In this document: positions 1 to 14,200 of the stretch, piece by piece
Position numbering within the stretch: position 1 is the first letter of the stretch
Layout of the letters: each line of letters starts with the position of its first letter
Source of the DNA: the human T2T-CHM13v2.0 reference genome, Homo sapiens
NCBI RefSeq assembly: GCF_009914755.1
Contig: NC_060948.1
Strand: one strand, 5' to 3'
Length of the DNA stretch: 64,000 nt
The notes under the pieces: generated by a model
Seen by the model: only the letters and a program-made list of their open reading frames with translations
Database searches by the model: none
Told to the model about the DNA's origin: nothing
Position numbers and translations under genes: made by a program

Positions 1-174
1 GAATTGAATGGAATGGAATGCAATCGAATGGAATGCACACGAATGGAATAGAATGAAATGAAATGGCATAGAATGGAATGGAATGGAATGGAATGGAATG
101 GAATGGAATGGAATGGAATGGAATGGAATGGCATGGAATGGAATGGAATGGTATGGAATGAAATGGATTGGAAT

Positions 175-3100
175 GGGATGTTCCCAAAAGTAATGGACTC
201 AAATAAAAGGGACTCAAATAGAATGAATTGGAAAGAAACGGTCTCGAATGTAATTTATTCGAATAGAATGATATTGAATGGAATGCAATAATATGGAATG
301 GTATCGAATAGAATGGAATAGAATGGAATGGAATGGAACGGAATGGAGTGCATTTGAACGGACTCCAATGCAACAAATTACAATATAATTGATTCAAATG
401 GAATGGAATCGAATAGAATGTAAACAAATGGAATGGAAGGCAATGCAATGGAAAGGAATCGAATGAAATGGAATAAATGGGATGGAATCGAATGGAAAGG
501 ACGCGAATATGATGGACTGTTAAGGAAAGGCCTCGAATCGAATTTATTCCAATAGAATGGAATCGAATGGAATGCAATACTATTGAATCGAATCAAATGC
601 AATGGAATTGAATGGAATGGACAGGAATGGAATGAACTGGAAGTGAATGGACAAGAACGTAATATAGTGCAATGTAATTTATTCAAATGGAATGGAATGC
701 AATCGAATGGAATGGACTCGATTGGAATGGACTGGAGTGGAATGGACTGAAATGGAATGGAAACGAATGTAATGGAATGGAACGGAAAGCAAAGGAATCT
801 ACTGTAATAGAATCGAACGGAACAGAAAGGAATGGAATGGAATGGAGTGGAATGGACTGGAATGGAATGTATTCGAATGTAATGGACCGGAAAGGAATGG
901 AATCCAATGGAATGGAATTGAATGGAATCAAAAGGAATAGAAAGGAATAGAGTGTAATTGAATGATATCGAATGGAAGGGAATGGAATGAAGTCGAATGG
1001 AATGCACTGGAATTGAATAGACACGATCAGAATGGGCTGGAGAGGAATGTACACAAATGGAATGGAAACGAATGGAATGGAATGAAAACGAATGGAATGA
1101 AATGGAATTGAAAGGAACGGAATGAAATGGAATGGAATGGAATGGAATGGATTGGAATAGAATGGATTCAAATAAAATAGAATCGATTGGAATGGTATTG
1201 AATGGAAGGGACCTGAATGGAATGGAAAGCAATGGAAGATATTCGAATTGAATGGCATCGAATGAAATGGAATGGAACGCAATGGAACGGACCCGAATGG
1301 AATGGAATGGACTCAAATGTAATGGACTCGAATGGAATCGACTGAAATATAATAGACTCGAATGGAATGGCCTTGAGCGGAATTTATTTGAATAGAATGG
1401 AATCAAATGGAATACAATAGTATTGAATGGAATAGAATGGAATGGAATCGAATGGAATGTAATCCAATGGAATGGAACGGAATTCAATATAATGGAGTAG
1501 AATGGAATGCATTGGAAAGCAGCAGAGTGGAATCGAGTGGAATGGAATCGAGTGGAATGGAATCAAAGGGAACGAAATCGAATTGAATGGAGTTGAATGG
1601 AATTGACTCGAAAGGAATTGACTCGAAAGGAATGGACTGGAACAAAAAGGAATCAAATGGACAGGAATGGAATGGAATGGACTCGAATGGAATGGAGTCA
1701 AATGCAAACGCATCGAATGGAATGGATTCAAATGGAATGCAATTGAATGGAATAGAAAGGAAGAGAATGGAATTGAGAGTAATGGAAAGATATGGATTGG
1801 AATGAAATGGAATGGAAAGGAATTGAATGGAAAGGAATGGACTCGAAAGAAATGGATTGGAAAGGAATGGTCTCCAATGGAATGGACTGGAGTGGAATGG
1901 AATCGAATGGAATGAAAAGAATGGAACGGAATGGAACGGAAAGGAACAGAAAGTTATGGAATCCGATGGGACAGAATGGAATGGAATGGACTTTCATGAA
2001 ATGGAGTCGAATAGAGTGGCATCAAAAGGAATGGAATGGAATGGAGTGGACTCAAAAGGAATGGACTCAAAAGGAATGGAGTCGAACCAAATTGAATCAA
2101 ATGGATTGGAGTCGAACAGAACGGAATGGAATGGAATGAACTCGACTGGAGTAGAGAGGAATGTAAAGGAATAGAATGGAATGTAATCAAATGGATTGCA
2201 AGCGAATGGAATCAAAAATAATAGAAAGGAATGGAGTGTAAAGGGATGATATTGAATAAAATGGAATGGAATGGAATTTAATGGAATGGAGTCGAAGGAA
2301 TGGACAGGAATGTAATGGACTCCAATGGAATGGAATGGATGAAAATGGATTTGAACAGATTGGTATCGAACGGAATGGAATGCAGTGGAATGGAATGGAC
2401 TCGAATGGAGAAGAGACAAATGGAATGGAAACGAATTCAATGGAATTGAAAAGAATAGAATGGAATGGCGTGTAATGGTAAGATACTAAATGGAATGGAA
2501 TTGAATGGAATGTAATGGAATGGAACCAAATGTAATGCACTCAAATGGAATATACTCAAATAGAATGGAATCGAAAGGAAAGGTCTCCAATGGAATTTAT
2601 TCAATACAATGGAATCAAAAGAAATGCAATAGAAAGAAAAGGAATCGAATGTAATGGAATCAAATAGTATGGACCAGAATGGAATGGAGTGCCATAGAAG
2701 GGACTGCCGTGTAATGGATTGAATTCTAATTCATTCAAATGGAATGGAATTGAATGGAATGGAATCCAATGGAATGGATAGGATTGTACTGGAATGGAAT
2801 AGCATGGAATGCAACGGAGTGGAATGGAATTGAATGAAGTGGAATGGAATCGATTGGAATGGAATCAAATGGAATGGACGGGAATGGAATGGACTGGAAA
2901 AGAACAGACTCGAATATTATGGATTGCAATGTAATTGATTCAAATGGAATGGAATCGAATGGAATGTAATAAAATTGAAGGGATTGGAGTTCAATGCAAT
3001 GGAATAGAATGGAATGCAAAGGAAAGAAAAGGCACGGAGTGAAATCGAGTGCAAGGGAATCGAATGGAATGAAATGGAATGGAATGGACTCAAAAGAAAT

Positions 3101-5734
3101 GGACGAGGGACAAAACGGAATCGAACTGATTGGAATGGAACGGAAGGGAATGGAATGGAATGGTCTCCATTGGATCGGAGTAGAACGGATTGGAATGGAA
3201 TGGAATGAAATGGAATGGAAAGGAATAGAATGGAATGGAATGGAATGGAAGGTAATGGAAAGATATCAAACGGATTGGAAAGGAATGGACCCTAATGGAA
3301 TGGAATGGAATTCAACAGAAACGAATGGAATGGACTGGAGTGAAATGGAGTCGAATGTAATTGAGTGGAGAGGAATGGACTCGAAAGCAATGGACTCGAA
3401 TAGAATGGACTGGAATGGATTGTACTCGAATGGAGTGGAAAGGAATAAAATGGATTCCACCAGATTGGAATGGAACAGAATGTAATGGAATGGAATGGAA
3501 TGCAATGGAATGGCTCGAATGCAATGGAAGAGAAAGGAAAGGAATTGAATGTTATTGAAAGTAATAGAATTAAATGGAGTGCAAAGGAATGATATCGAAT
3601 GGAATGGATCGAAAAGAAATAGAATGGAATGGACAGGAATGGAATGGAATAGAATGGAATAGACTGGCGTGCAATGCAAACGAATGGAATGGAAACGAAT
3701 GGAATGGAATGGAAAGGAATGGAGTAGAATAAATACAATGGAATGGAATGGAATGGAGGCGAAAGGAAAAGAATGGATTGGAGTGTCACCGAATGGAAAG
3801 ATATGGAATGGAAAGGAATGGATACGAATGGAATGGAATAGAAAGGAACGTAAAGGTAAAGAATGGAATGGAATCGGATAGAATGGAATGCAATGTAATG
3901 GAGTCGAATGGAAAATAATCGAGTAGAATGATATCGAACGGAATGGAATTTAATAGAATGGAATGGAATGGAATGGACTCGAATGGAATGTACTCAAATG
4001 GATTAGAATAGAATGGAGTGGAAATAAACGTAGTGAACTCGAATGGAATGGACACTAATAGAATGGAAGAGAAAGGAATGGTATTGAATGGAATTTATTC
4101 GAATAGAATGGAATTCAACGGAATGCAACAGTGTGGCATGGAATCAAATGGAATGGAATCGAATGGCATGGACCCGAGTGGAATGGACTCACATAGAAGA
4201 GCCTCGAATGTAATGGATTACAATGTATTAGATTCGAAAGGACTGAAATCGAATGGAATGTAATCAAATAGAACGGAACTGAATGCGTGGAATGGCATAG
4301 AAAGTAATGCAATGGAATGGAATAGACTGGAAAGGAATGGAATCGGATGGAATGTAATGAAATGTAATGGAAGGAATGCCATGCAATGGAATGGAATGCA
4401 ATGCAATGGGACGGTGTATAATGGAGTGCAATGGATTTCAGTGGAATGTAGTCAAAAGGAATGAAATAGAATGGAATTCAATATAATGGAATGGCATCCA
4501 ATGGCAAGGGATGGAGCGGACTCCAATGGAAACATGAAAGGAATATAATATAATGGAATGGCATTGAACGAAATGGAATGCAATGGAGTTAAAAGGTAAA
4601 ATATCGAATGGAAAAGAATTGTATGGACTCGAATGGAATATAATGAAATGGAATGGACTCGAATGGAATGTACTAGAGTTGAATGGAATCGAAAGGAATT
4701 TAAAACAATGGAAAGGAAAGGAAGGGAATTGAAAGGAATGGAATAGAATGGAACGGAAACGGATGGAACGGAATTGAATGGAATGGAAACTAAAGGAATA
4801 GAGTAGAAAGGAATGCCATTGAATGGAATGGAATGGAATAAGATGGAATAGAATGGAATGGAATAGAATTGAATGGAAAGGCATCGAATGGATTGGAATG
4901 GAATGTAATGGAATGGAATGGAAAGGAATGGAATGGACTCGAAAGCAATGTACTGAAATGGAATAGAATAGAATGGAATGGAAGTAAATATAATGGACTC
5001 GAGTGGAATGAATTGGAATAAATTGGAATTGAATGTATTGGATTCGAATGGAAAGGAATGGAATGGAATGGAATGGAATGGAATGGAATGGAATGGAATG
5101 GAATGGAATGGATTCGAATGGAATGGAACGAATTGGAATGTAATTGAATGGAGTCGAAAACAGTAGAAAGAAAAGAAGTTTAATCGAATGATATAGAATG
5201 GAATTGAATGGAATGTACGCGAATGGAATGGACTGGAATGGAATGGAGTGACATGTAATGGAATCGAAAGGAATGGAATCGAATGAAATGGAATTGAATG
5301 GAATAGAAAGGAATAGAATGGAATGGAGTTTAATGGAAAGATATTAAAAGTAATGGAATGGAATTGAGTGGACACAAATGGAATGGACTGGAATGGAAAG
5401 GACTCGAATGAAATGGAGCGCATTAGAATGGACTCGAATGGAATGGACTGGAGTGGAATGGTCTCGAATGGATTGGAAACGAATGTAATGGAAAGGAATA
5501 TAATGGAATGTAATCAACTAGAAAGAAATGTAATGGAATGGGTTCAACTGGAACAGAATTGAATGGAGTGGAATTGAATGGAATGGAATACAATCGAATG
5601 GAATGCACACGAATGGAATAGAATGAAATGAAATGGCATAGAATGGAATGGAATGGAATGGAATGGAATGGAATGGAATGGAATGGAATGGCATGGAATG
5701 GAATGGAATGGTATGGAATGAAATGGATTGGAAT
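175..5734 (+). repeat. HOR unit 1 (short type, 5560 bp)
   Basis: Landmark-to-landmark interval; the phase is my arbitrary choice. Confidence 0.9.
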
Positions 5735-8700
5735 GGGATGTTCCCAAAAGTAATGGACTCAAATAAAAGGGACTCAAATAGAATGAATTGGAAAGAAACG
5801 GTCTCGAATGTAATTTATTCGAATAGAATGATATTGAATGGAATGCAATAATATGGAATGGTATCGAATAGAATGGAATAGAATGGAAAGGAATGGAACG
5901 GTATGGAGTGCATTTGAACGGACTCCAATGCAATAAATTGCAATATAATTGATTCAAATGGAATGGAATCGAATAGAATGTAAACAAATGGAATGGAAGG
6001 CAATGCAATGGAAAGGAATCGAATGAAATGGAATAAATGGGATGGAATCAAATGGAAAGGACGCGAATATAATGGAATTTTAAGGAAAGGCCTCGAATCG
6101 AATTTATTCCAATAGAATGGAATCGAATGGAATGCAATACTATTGAATCGAATCAAATGGAATGGAATTGAATGGAATGGACAGGAATGGAATGAACTGG
6201 AAGTGAATGGACAAGAACGTAATATAGTGCAATGTAATTTATTCAAATGGAATGGAATGCAATCGAATGGAATGGACTCGATTGGAATGGACTGGAGTGG
6301 AATGGACTGAAATGGAATGGAAACGAATGTAATGGAATGGAACGGAAAGCAAAGGAATCTACTGTAATAGAATCAAACGGAACAGAAAGGAATGGAATGG
6401 AATGGAGTGGAATGGACTCGAATGGAATGTATTCGAATGTAATGGACCGGAAAGGAATGGAATCCAATGGAATGGAATTGAATGGAATCAAAAGGAATAG
6501 AAAGGAATAGAGTGTAATTGAATGATATCGAATGGAAGGGAATGGAATGAAGTCGAATGGAATGCACTGGAATGGAATGGACACGATCAGAACGGACTGG
6601 AGAGGAATGTACACAAATGGAATGGAAACGAATGGAATGGAATGAAAAGGAATGGAATGAATTGGAATTGAAAGGAACGGAATGAAATGGAATGGAATGG
6701 AATGGAATGGATTGGAATAGAATGGATTCAAATAAAATAGAATCGATTGGAATGGTATTGAATGGAAGGGACTTGAATGGAATGGAAAGCAATGGAAGAT
6801 ATTCGAATTGAATGGCATCGAATGAAATTGAATGGAACGCAATGGAACGGACCCGAATGGAATGGAATGGACTCAAATGTAATGGACTCGAATGGAATCG
6901 ACTGAAATATAATAGACTCGAATGGAATGGCCTTGAGCGGAATTTATTTGAATAGAATGGAATCAAATGGAATACAATAGTATTGAATGGAATAGAATGG
7001 AATGGGATCGAATGGAATGTAATCCAATGGAATGGAACGGAATTCAATATAATGGAGTAGAATGGAATGCATTGAAAAGCAGCAGAGTGGAATCGAGTGG
7101 AATGGAATCGAGTGGAATGGAATCAAAGGGAACGAAATCGAATTGAATGGACTTGAATGGAATTGACTCGAAAGGAATTGACTCGAAAGGAATGGACTGG
7201 AACAAAAAGGAATCAAATGGACAGGAATGGAATGGAATGGACTCGAATGGAATGGAGTCAAATGCAAACGCATCGAATGGAATGGATTCAAATGGAATGC
7301 AATTGAATGGAATAGAAAGGAAGAGAATGGAATTGAGAGTAATGGAAAGATATGGATTGGAATGTAATGGAATGGAAAGGAATTGAATGGAAAGGAATGG
7401 ACTCGAAAGAAATGGATTGGAATGGAATGGTCTCCAATGGAATGGACTGGAGTGGAATGGAATCGAATGGAATGAAAAGAATGGAACGGAATGGAACGGA
7501 AAGGAATAGAAAGTTATGGAATCCGATGGGACAGAATGGAATGGAATGGACTTTCATGAAATGGAGTCGAATAGAGTGGCATCAAAAGGAATGGAATGGA
7601 ATGGAGTGGACTCAAAAGGAATGGACTCAAAAGGAATGGAGTCGAACCAAATTGAATCAAATGGATTGGAGTCGAACAGAACGGAATGGAATGGAATGAA
7701 CTCGACTGGAGTAGAGAGGAATGTAAAGGAATAGAATGGAATGTAATCAAATGGATTGCAAGCGAATGGAATCAAAAATAATAGAAAGGAATGGAGTGTA
7801 AAGGGATGATATTGAATAAAATGGAATGGAATGGAATTTAATGGAATGGAGTCGAAGGAATGGACAGGAATGTAATGGACTCCAATGGAATGGAATGGAT
7901 GAAAATGGATTTGAACAGATTGGTATCGAACGGAATGGAATGCAGTGGAATGGAATGGACTCGAATGGAGAAGAGACAAATGGAATGGAAACGAATTCAA
8001 TGGAATTGAAAAGAATAGAATGGAATGGCGTGTAATGGTAAGATACTAAATGGAATGGAATTGAATGGAATGTAATGGAATGGAACCAAATGTAATGCAC
8101 TCAAATGGAATATACTCAAATAGAATGGAATCGAAAGGAAAGGTCTCCAATGGAATTTATTCAATACAATGGAATCAAAAGAAATGCAATAGAAAGAAAA
8201 GGAATCGAATGTAATGGAATCAAATAGTACGGACCAGAATGGAATGGAGTGCCATAGAAGGGACTGCAGTGTAATGGATTGAATTCTAATTCATTCAAAT
8301 GGAATGGAATTGAATGGAATGGAATCCAATGGAATGGATAGGATTGTACTGGAATGGAATAGCATGGAATGCAACGGAGTGGAATGGAGTTGAATGAAGT
8401 GGAATGGAATCGATTGGAATGGAATCAAATGGAATGGACGGGAATGGAATGGACTGGAAGAGAACAGACTCGAATATAATGGATTGCAATGTAATTGATT
8501 CAAATGGAATGGAATCGAATGGAATGTAATAAAATTGAAGGGATTGGAGTTCAATGCAATGGAATAGAATGGAATGCAAAGGAAAGGAAAGGCACGGAGT
8601 GAAATCGAGTGCAAGGGAATCGAATGGAATGAAATGGAATGGAATGGACTCAAAAGAAATGGACGAGGGACAAAACGAAATCGAACTGATTGGAATGGAA

Positions 8701-11294
8701 CGGAAGGGAATGGAATGGAATGGTCTCCATTGGATGGGAGTAGAACGGATTGGAATGGAATGGAATGAAATGGAATGGAAAGGAATAGAATGGAATGGAA
8801 TGGAATGGAAGGTAATGGAAAGATATCAAACGGTTTGGAAAGGAATGGACCCTAATGGAATGGAATGGAATTCAACAGAAACGAATGGAATGGACTGGAG
8901 TGAAATGGAGTCGAATGTAATTGAGTGGAGAGGAATGGACTCGAAAGCAATGGACTCGAATAGAATGGACTGGAATGGATTGTACTCGAATGGAGTGGAA
9001 AGGAATAAAATGGATTCCACCAGATTGGAATGGAACAGAATGTAATGGAATGGAATGGAATGCAATGGAATGGCTCGAATGCAATGGAAGAGAAAGGAAA
9101 GGAATTGAATGGTATTGAAAGTAATAGAATTAAATGGAGTGCAAAGGAATGATATCGAATGGAATGGATCGAAAAGAAATAGAATGGAATGGACAGGAAT
9201 GGAATGGAATAGAATGGAATAGACTGGCGTGCAATGCAAACGAATGGAATGGAAACGAATGGAATGGAATGGAAAGGAATGGAGTAGAATAAATACAATG
9301 GAATGGAATGGAATGGAGGCGAAAGGAAAAGAATGGATTGGAGTGTCACCGAATGGAAAGATATGGAATGGAAAGGAATGGATACGAATGGAATGGAATA
9401 GAAAGGAACGGAAAGGTAAAGAATGGAATGGAATCGGATAGAATGGAATGCAATGTAATGGAGTCGAATGGAAAATAATCGAGTAGAATGATATCGAACG
9501 GAATGGAATTTAATAGAATGGAATGGAATGGAATGGACTCGAATGGAATGTACTCAAATGGATTAGAATAGAATGGAGTGGAAATAAACGTAGTGAACTC
9601 GAATGGAATGGACACTAATGGAATGGAAGAGAAAGGAATGGTATTGAATGGAATTTATTCGAATAGAATGGAATTCAACGGAATGCAACAGTGTGGCATG
9701 GAATCAAATGGAATGGAATCGAATGGCATGGACCCGAGTGGAATGGACTCACATAGAAGAGCCTCGAATGTAATGGATTACAATGTATTAGATTCGAAAG
9801 GACTGAAATCGAATGGAATGTAATCAAATAGAACGGAACTGAATGCGTGGAATGGCATAGAAAGTAATGCAATGGAATGGAATAGACTGGAAAGGAATGG
9901 AATCGGATGGAATGTAATGAAATGTAATGGAAGGAATGCCATGCAATGGAATGGAATGCAATGCAATGGGACGGTGTATAATGGAGTGCAATGGATTTCA
10001 GTGGAATGTAGTCAAAAGGAATGAAATAGAATGGAATTCAATATAATGGAATGGCATCCAATGGCAAGGGATGGAGCGGACTCCAATGGAAACATGAAAG
10101 GAATATAATATAATGGAATGGCATTGAACGAAATGGAATGCAATGGAGTTAAAAGGTAAAATATCGAATGGAAAAGAATTGTATGGACTCGAATGGAATA
10201 TAATGAAATGGAATGGACTCGAATGGAATGTACTAGAGTTGAATGGAATCAAAAGGAATTTAAAACAATGGAAAGGAAAGGAAGGGAATTGAAAGGAACG
10301 GAATAGAATGGAACGGAATCGGATGGAACGGAATTGAATGGAATGGAAACTAAAGGAATAGAATAGAAAGGAATGCCATTGAATGGAATGGAATGGAATA
10401 AGATGGAACAGAATGGAATGGAATAGAATTGAATGGAATGGCATCGAATGGATTGGAATGGAATGTAATGGAATGGAATGGAAAGGAACGGAATGGACTC
10501 GAATGGAATGTACTGAAATGGAATAGAATAGAATGGAATGGAAGTAAATATAATGGACTCGAGTGGAATGGATTGGAATAAATTGGAATTGAATGTATTG
10601 GATTCGAATGGAAAGGAATGGAATGGAATGGAATGGAATGGAATGGAATGGAATGGAATGGAATGGATTCGAATGGAATGGAACGAATTGGAATGTAATT
10701 GAATGGAGTCGAAAACAGTAGAAAGAAAAGAAGTTTAATCGAATGATATAGAATGGAATTGAATGGAATGTACGCGAATGGAATGGACTGGAATGGAATG
10801 GAGTGACATGTAATGGAATCGAAAGGAATGGAATCGAATGAAATGGAATTGAATGGAATAGAAAGGAATAGAATGGAATGGAGTTTAATGGAAAGATATT
10901 AAAAGTAATGGAATGGAAATGAGTGGACACAAATGGAATGGACTGGAATGGAAAGGACTCGAATGAAATGGAGCGCATTAGAATGGACTCGAATGGAATG
11001 GATTGGAGTGGAATGGCCTCCAATGGATTGGAAACTAATGTAACGGAAAGGAATAGAATGGAATGTAATCAACTGGAAAGAAATGTAATGGAATGGGTTC
11101 AACTGGAACAGAATTGAATGGAGTGGAATTGAATGGAATGGAATGCAATCGAATGGAATGCACACGAATGGAATAGAATGAAATGAAATGGCATAGAATG
11201 GAATGGAATGGAATGAAATGGAATGGAATGGAATGGAATGGAATGGAATGGCATGGAATAGAATGGAATGGTATGGAATGAAATGGATTGGAAT
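5735..11294 (+). repeat. HOR unit 2 (short type, 5560 bp)
   Basis: Landmark-to-landmark interval, colinear with unit 1. Confidence 0.9.
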
Positions 11295-14200
11295 GGGATG
11301 TTCCCAAAAGTAATGGACTCAAATAAAAGGGACTCAAATAGAATGAATTGGAAAGAAACGGTCTCGAATGTAATTTATTCGAATAGAATGATATTGAATG
11401 GAATGCAATAATATGGAATGGTATCGAATAGAATGGAATAGAATGGAATGGAATGGAACGGTATGGAGTGCATTTGAACGGACGCCAATGCAATAAATTG
11501 CAATATAATTGATTCAAATGGAATGGAATCGAATAGAATGTAAACAAATGGAATGGAAGGCAATGCAATGGAAAGGAATCGAATGAAATGGAATAAATGG
11601 GATGGAATCGAATGGAAAGGACGCGAATGTAATGGACTGTTAAGGAAAGGCCTCGAATCGAATTTATTCCGATAGAATGGAATCGAATGGAATGCAATAC
11701 TATTGAATCGAATCAAATGGAATGGAATTGAATGGAATGGACAGGAATGGAATGAACTGGAAGTGAATGGACAAGAACGTAATATAGTGCAATGTAATTT
11801 ATTCAAATGGAATGGAATACAATCGAATGGAATGCACTCGATTGGAATGGACTGGAGTGGAATGGACTGAAATGGAATGGAAACGAATGTAATGGAATGG
11901 AACGGAAAGCAAAGGAATCTACTGTAATAGAAACGAACGGAACACAAAGGAATGGAATGGAATGGAGTGGAATGGACTCGAATGGAATGTATTCGAATGC
12001 AATGGACCGGAAAGGAATGGAATCCAATGGAATGGAATTGAATGGAATCAAAAGGAATAGAAAGGAATAGAATGTAATTGAATGATATCGAATGGAAGGG
12101 AATGGAATGAAGTCGAATGGAATGCACTGGAATGGAATGGACACGATCAGAACGGACTGGGGAGGAATGTACACAAATGGAATGGAAACGAATGGAATGG
12201 AATGAAAAGGAATGGAATGAAATGGAATTGAAAGGAACGGAATGAAATGGAATGGAATGGAATGGAATGGATTGGAATAGAATGGATTCAAATAAAATAG
12301 AATCGATTGGAATGCTATTGAATGGAAGGGACTTGAATGGAATGGAAAGCAATGGAAGATATTCGAATTGAATGGCATCGAATGAAATGGAATGGAACGC
12401 AATGGAACGGACCCGAATGGAATGGAATGGACTCAAATGTAATGGACTCGAATGGAATCGACTGAAATATAATAGACTCGAATGGAATGGCCTCGAGCGG
12501 AATTTATTTGAATAGAATGGAATCAAATGGAATACAATAGTATTGAATGGAATAGAATGGAATGGAATCGAATGGAATGTAATCCAATGGAATGGAACGG
12601 AATTCAATATAATGGAGTAGAATGGAATGCATTGGAAAGCAGCAGAGTGGAATCGAGTGGAATGGAATCGAGTGGAATGGAATCAAAGGGAACGAAATCG
12701 AATTGAATGGACTTGAATGGAATTGACTCGAAAGGAATTGACTCGAAAGGAATGGACTGGAACAAAAAGGAATCAAATGGACAGGAATGGAATGGAATGG
12801 ACTCGAATGGAATGGAGTCAAATGCAAACGCATCGAATGGAATGGATTCAAATGGAATGCAATTGAATGGAATAGAAAGGAAGAGAATGGAATTGAGAGT
12901 AATGGAAAGATATGGATTGGAATGAAATGGAATGGAAAGGAATTGAATGGAAAGGAATGGACTCGAAAGAAATGGATTGGAATGGAATGGTCTCCAATGG
13001 AATGGACTGGAGTGGAATGGAATCGAATGGAATGAAAAGAATGGAACGGAATGGAACGGAAAGGAATAGAAAGTTATGGGATCCGATGGGACAGAATGGA
13101 ATGGAATGGACTTTCATGAAATGGAGTCGAATAGAGTGGCATCAAAAGGAATGGAATGGAATGGAGTGGACTCAAAAGGAATGGACTCAAAAGGAATGGA
13201 GTCGAACCAAATTGAATCAAATGGATTGGAGTCGAACAGAACGGAATGGAATGGAATGAACTCGACTGGAGCAGAGAGGAATGTAAAGGAATAGAATGGA
13301 ATGTAATCAAATGGATTGCAAGCGAATGGAATCAAAAATAATAGAAAGGAATGGAGTGTAAAGGGATGATATTGAATAAAATGGAATGGAATGGAATTTA
13401 ATGGAATGGAGTCGAAGGAATGGACAGGAATGTAATGGACTCCAATGGAATGGAATGGATGAAAATGGATTTGAACAGATTGGTATCGAACGGAATGGAA
13501 TGCAGTGGAATGGAATGGACTCGAATGGAGAAGAGACAAATGGTAGGGAAACGAATTCAATGGAATTGAAAAGAATAGAATGGAATGGCGTGTAATGGTA
13601 AGATACTAAATGGAATGGAATTGAATGGAATGTAATGGAATGGAACCAAATGTAATGCACTCAAATGGAATATACTCAAATAGAATGGAATCGAAAGGAA
13701 AGGTCTCCAATGGAATTTATTCAATACAATGGAATCAAAAGAAATGCAATAGAAAGAAAAGGAATCGAATGTAATGGAATCAAATAGTATGGACCAGAAT
13801 GGAATGGACTGCCATAGAACGGACTGCAGTGTAATGGATTGAATTCTAATTCATTCAAATGGAATGGAATTGAATGGAATGGAATCCAATGGAATGGATA
13901 GGATTGTACTGGAATGGAATAGCATGGAATGCAACGGAGTGGAATGGAGTTGAATGAAGTGGAATGGAATCGATTGGAATGGAATCAAATGGAATGGACG
14001 GGAATGGAATGGACTGGAAGAGAACAGACTCCAATATAATGGATTGCAATGTAATTGATTCAAATGGAATGGAATCGAATGGAATGTCATAAAATTGAAG
14101 GGATTGGAGTTCAATGCAATGGAATAGAATGGAATGCAAAGGAAAGAAAAGGCACGGAGTGAAATCGAGTGTAATGGAATCGAATGGAATGAAATCGAAT

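Noticed and set aside
1988-2000. GGActTTCatGAA partial heat-shock element, once per unit
   Set aside because: It has only two perfect nGAAn units, too weak to call against a GAA-rich background.
2652-2662. TAATGGAATCA, a loose DUX4-like motif recurring in most units
   Set aside because: It matches only the degenerate consensus, with unfavoured GG at the central positions, and is expected by chance from GGAAT variants.
11375-12607. Long minus-strand ORFs (up to 410 aa; also 22503-23735, 28052-29284, 48819-50042, 30528-31700)
   Set aside because: (ATTCC)n has no stop codons and translates to IPFHS repeats in every frame. The ORFs overlap in multiple frames, vary between units and show no recognisable domain.
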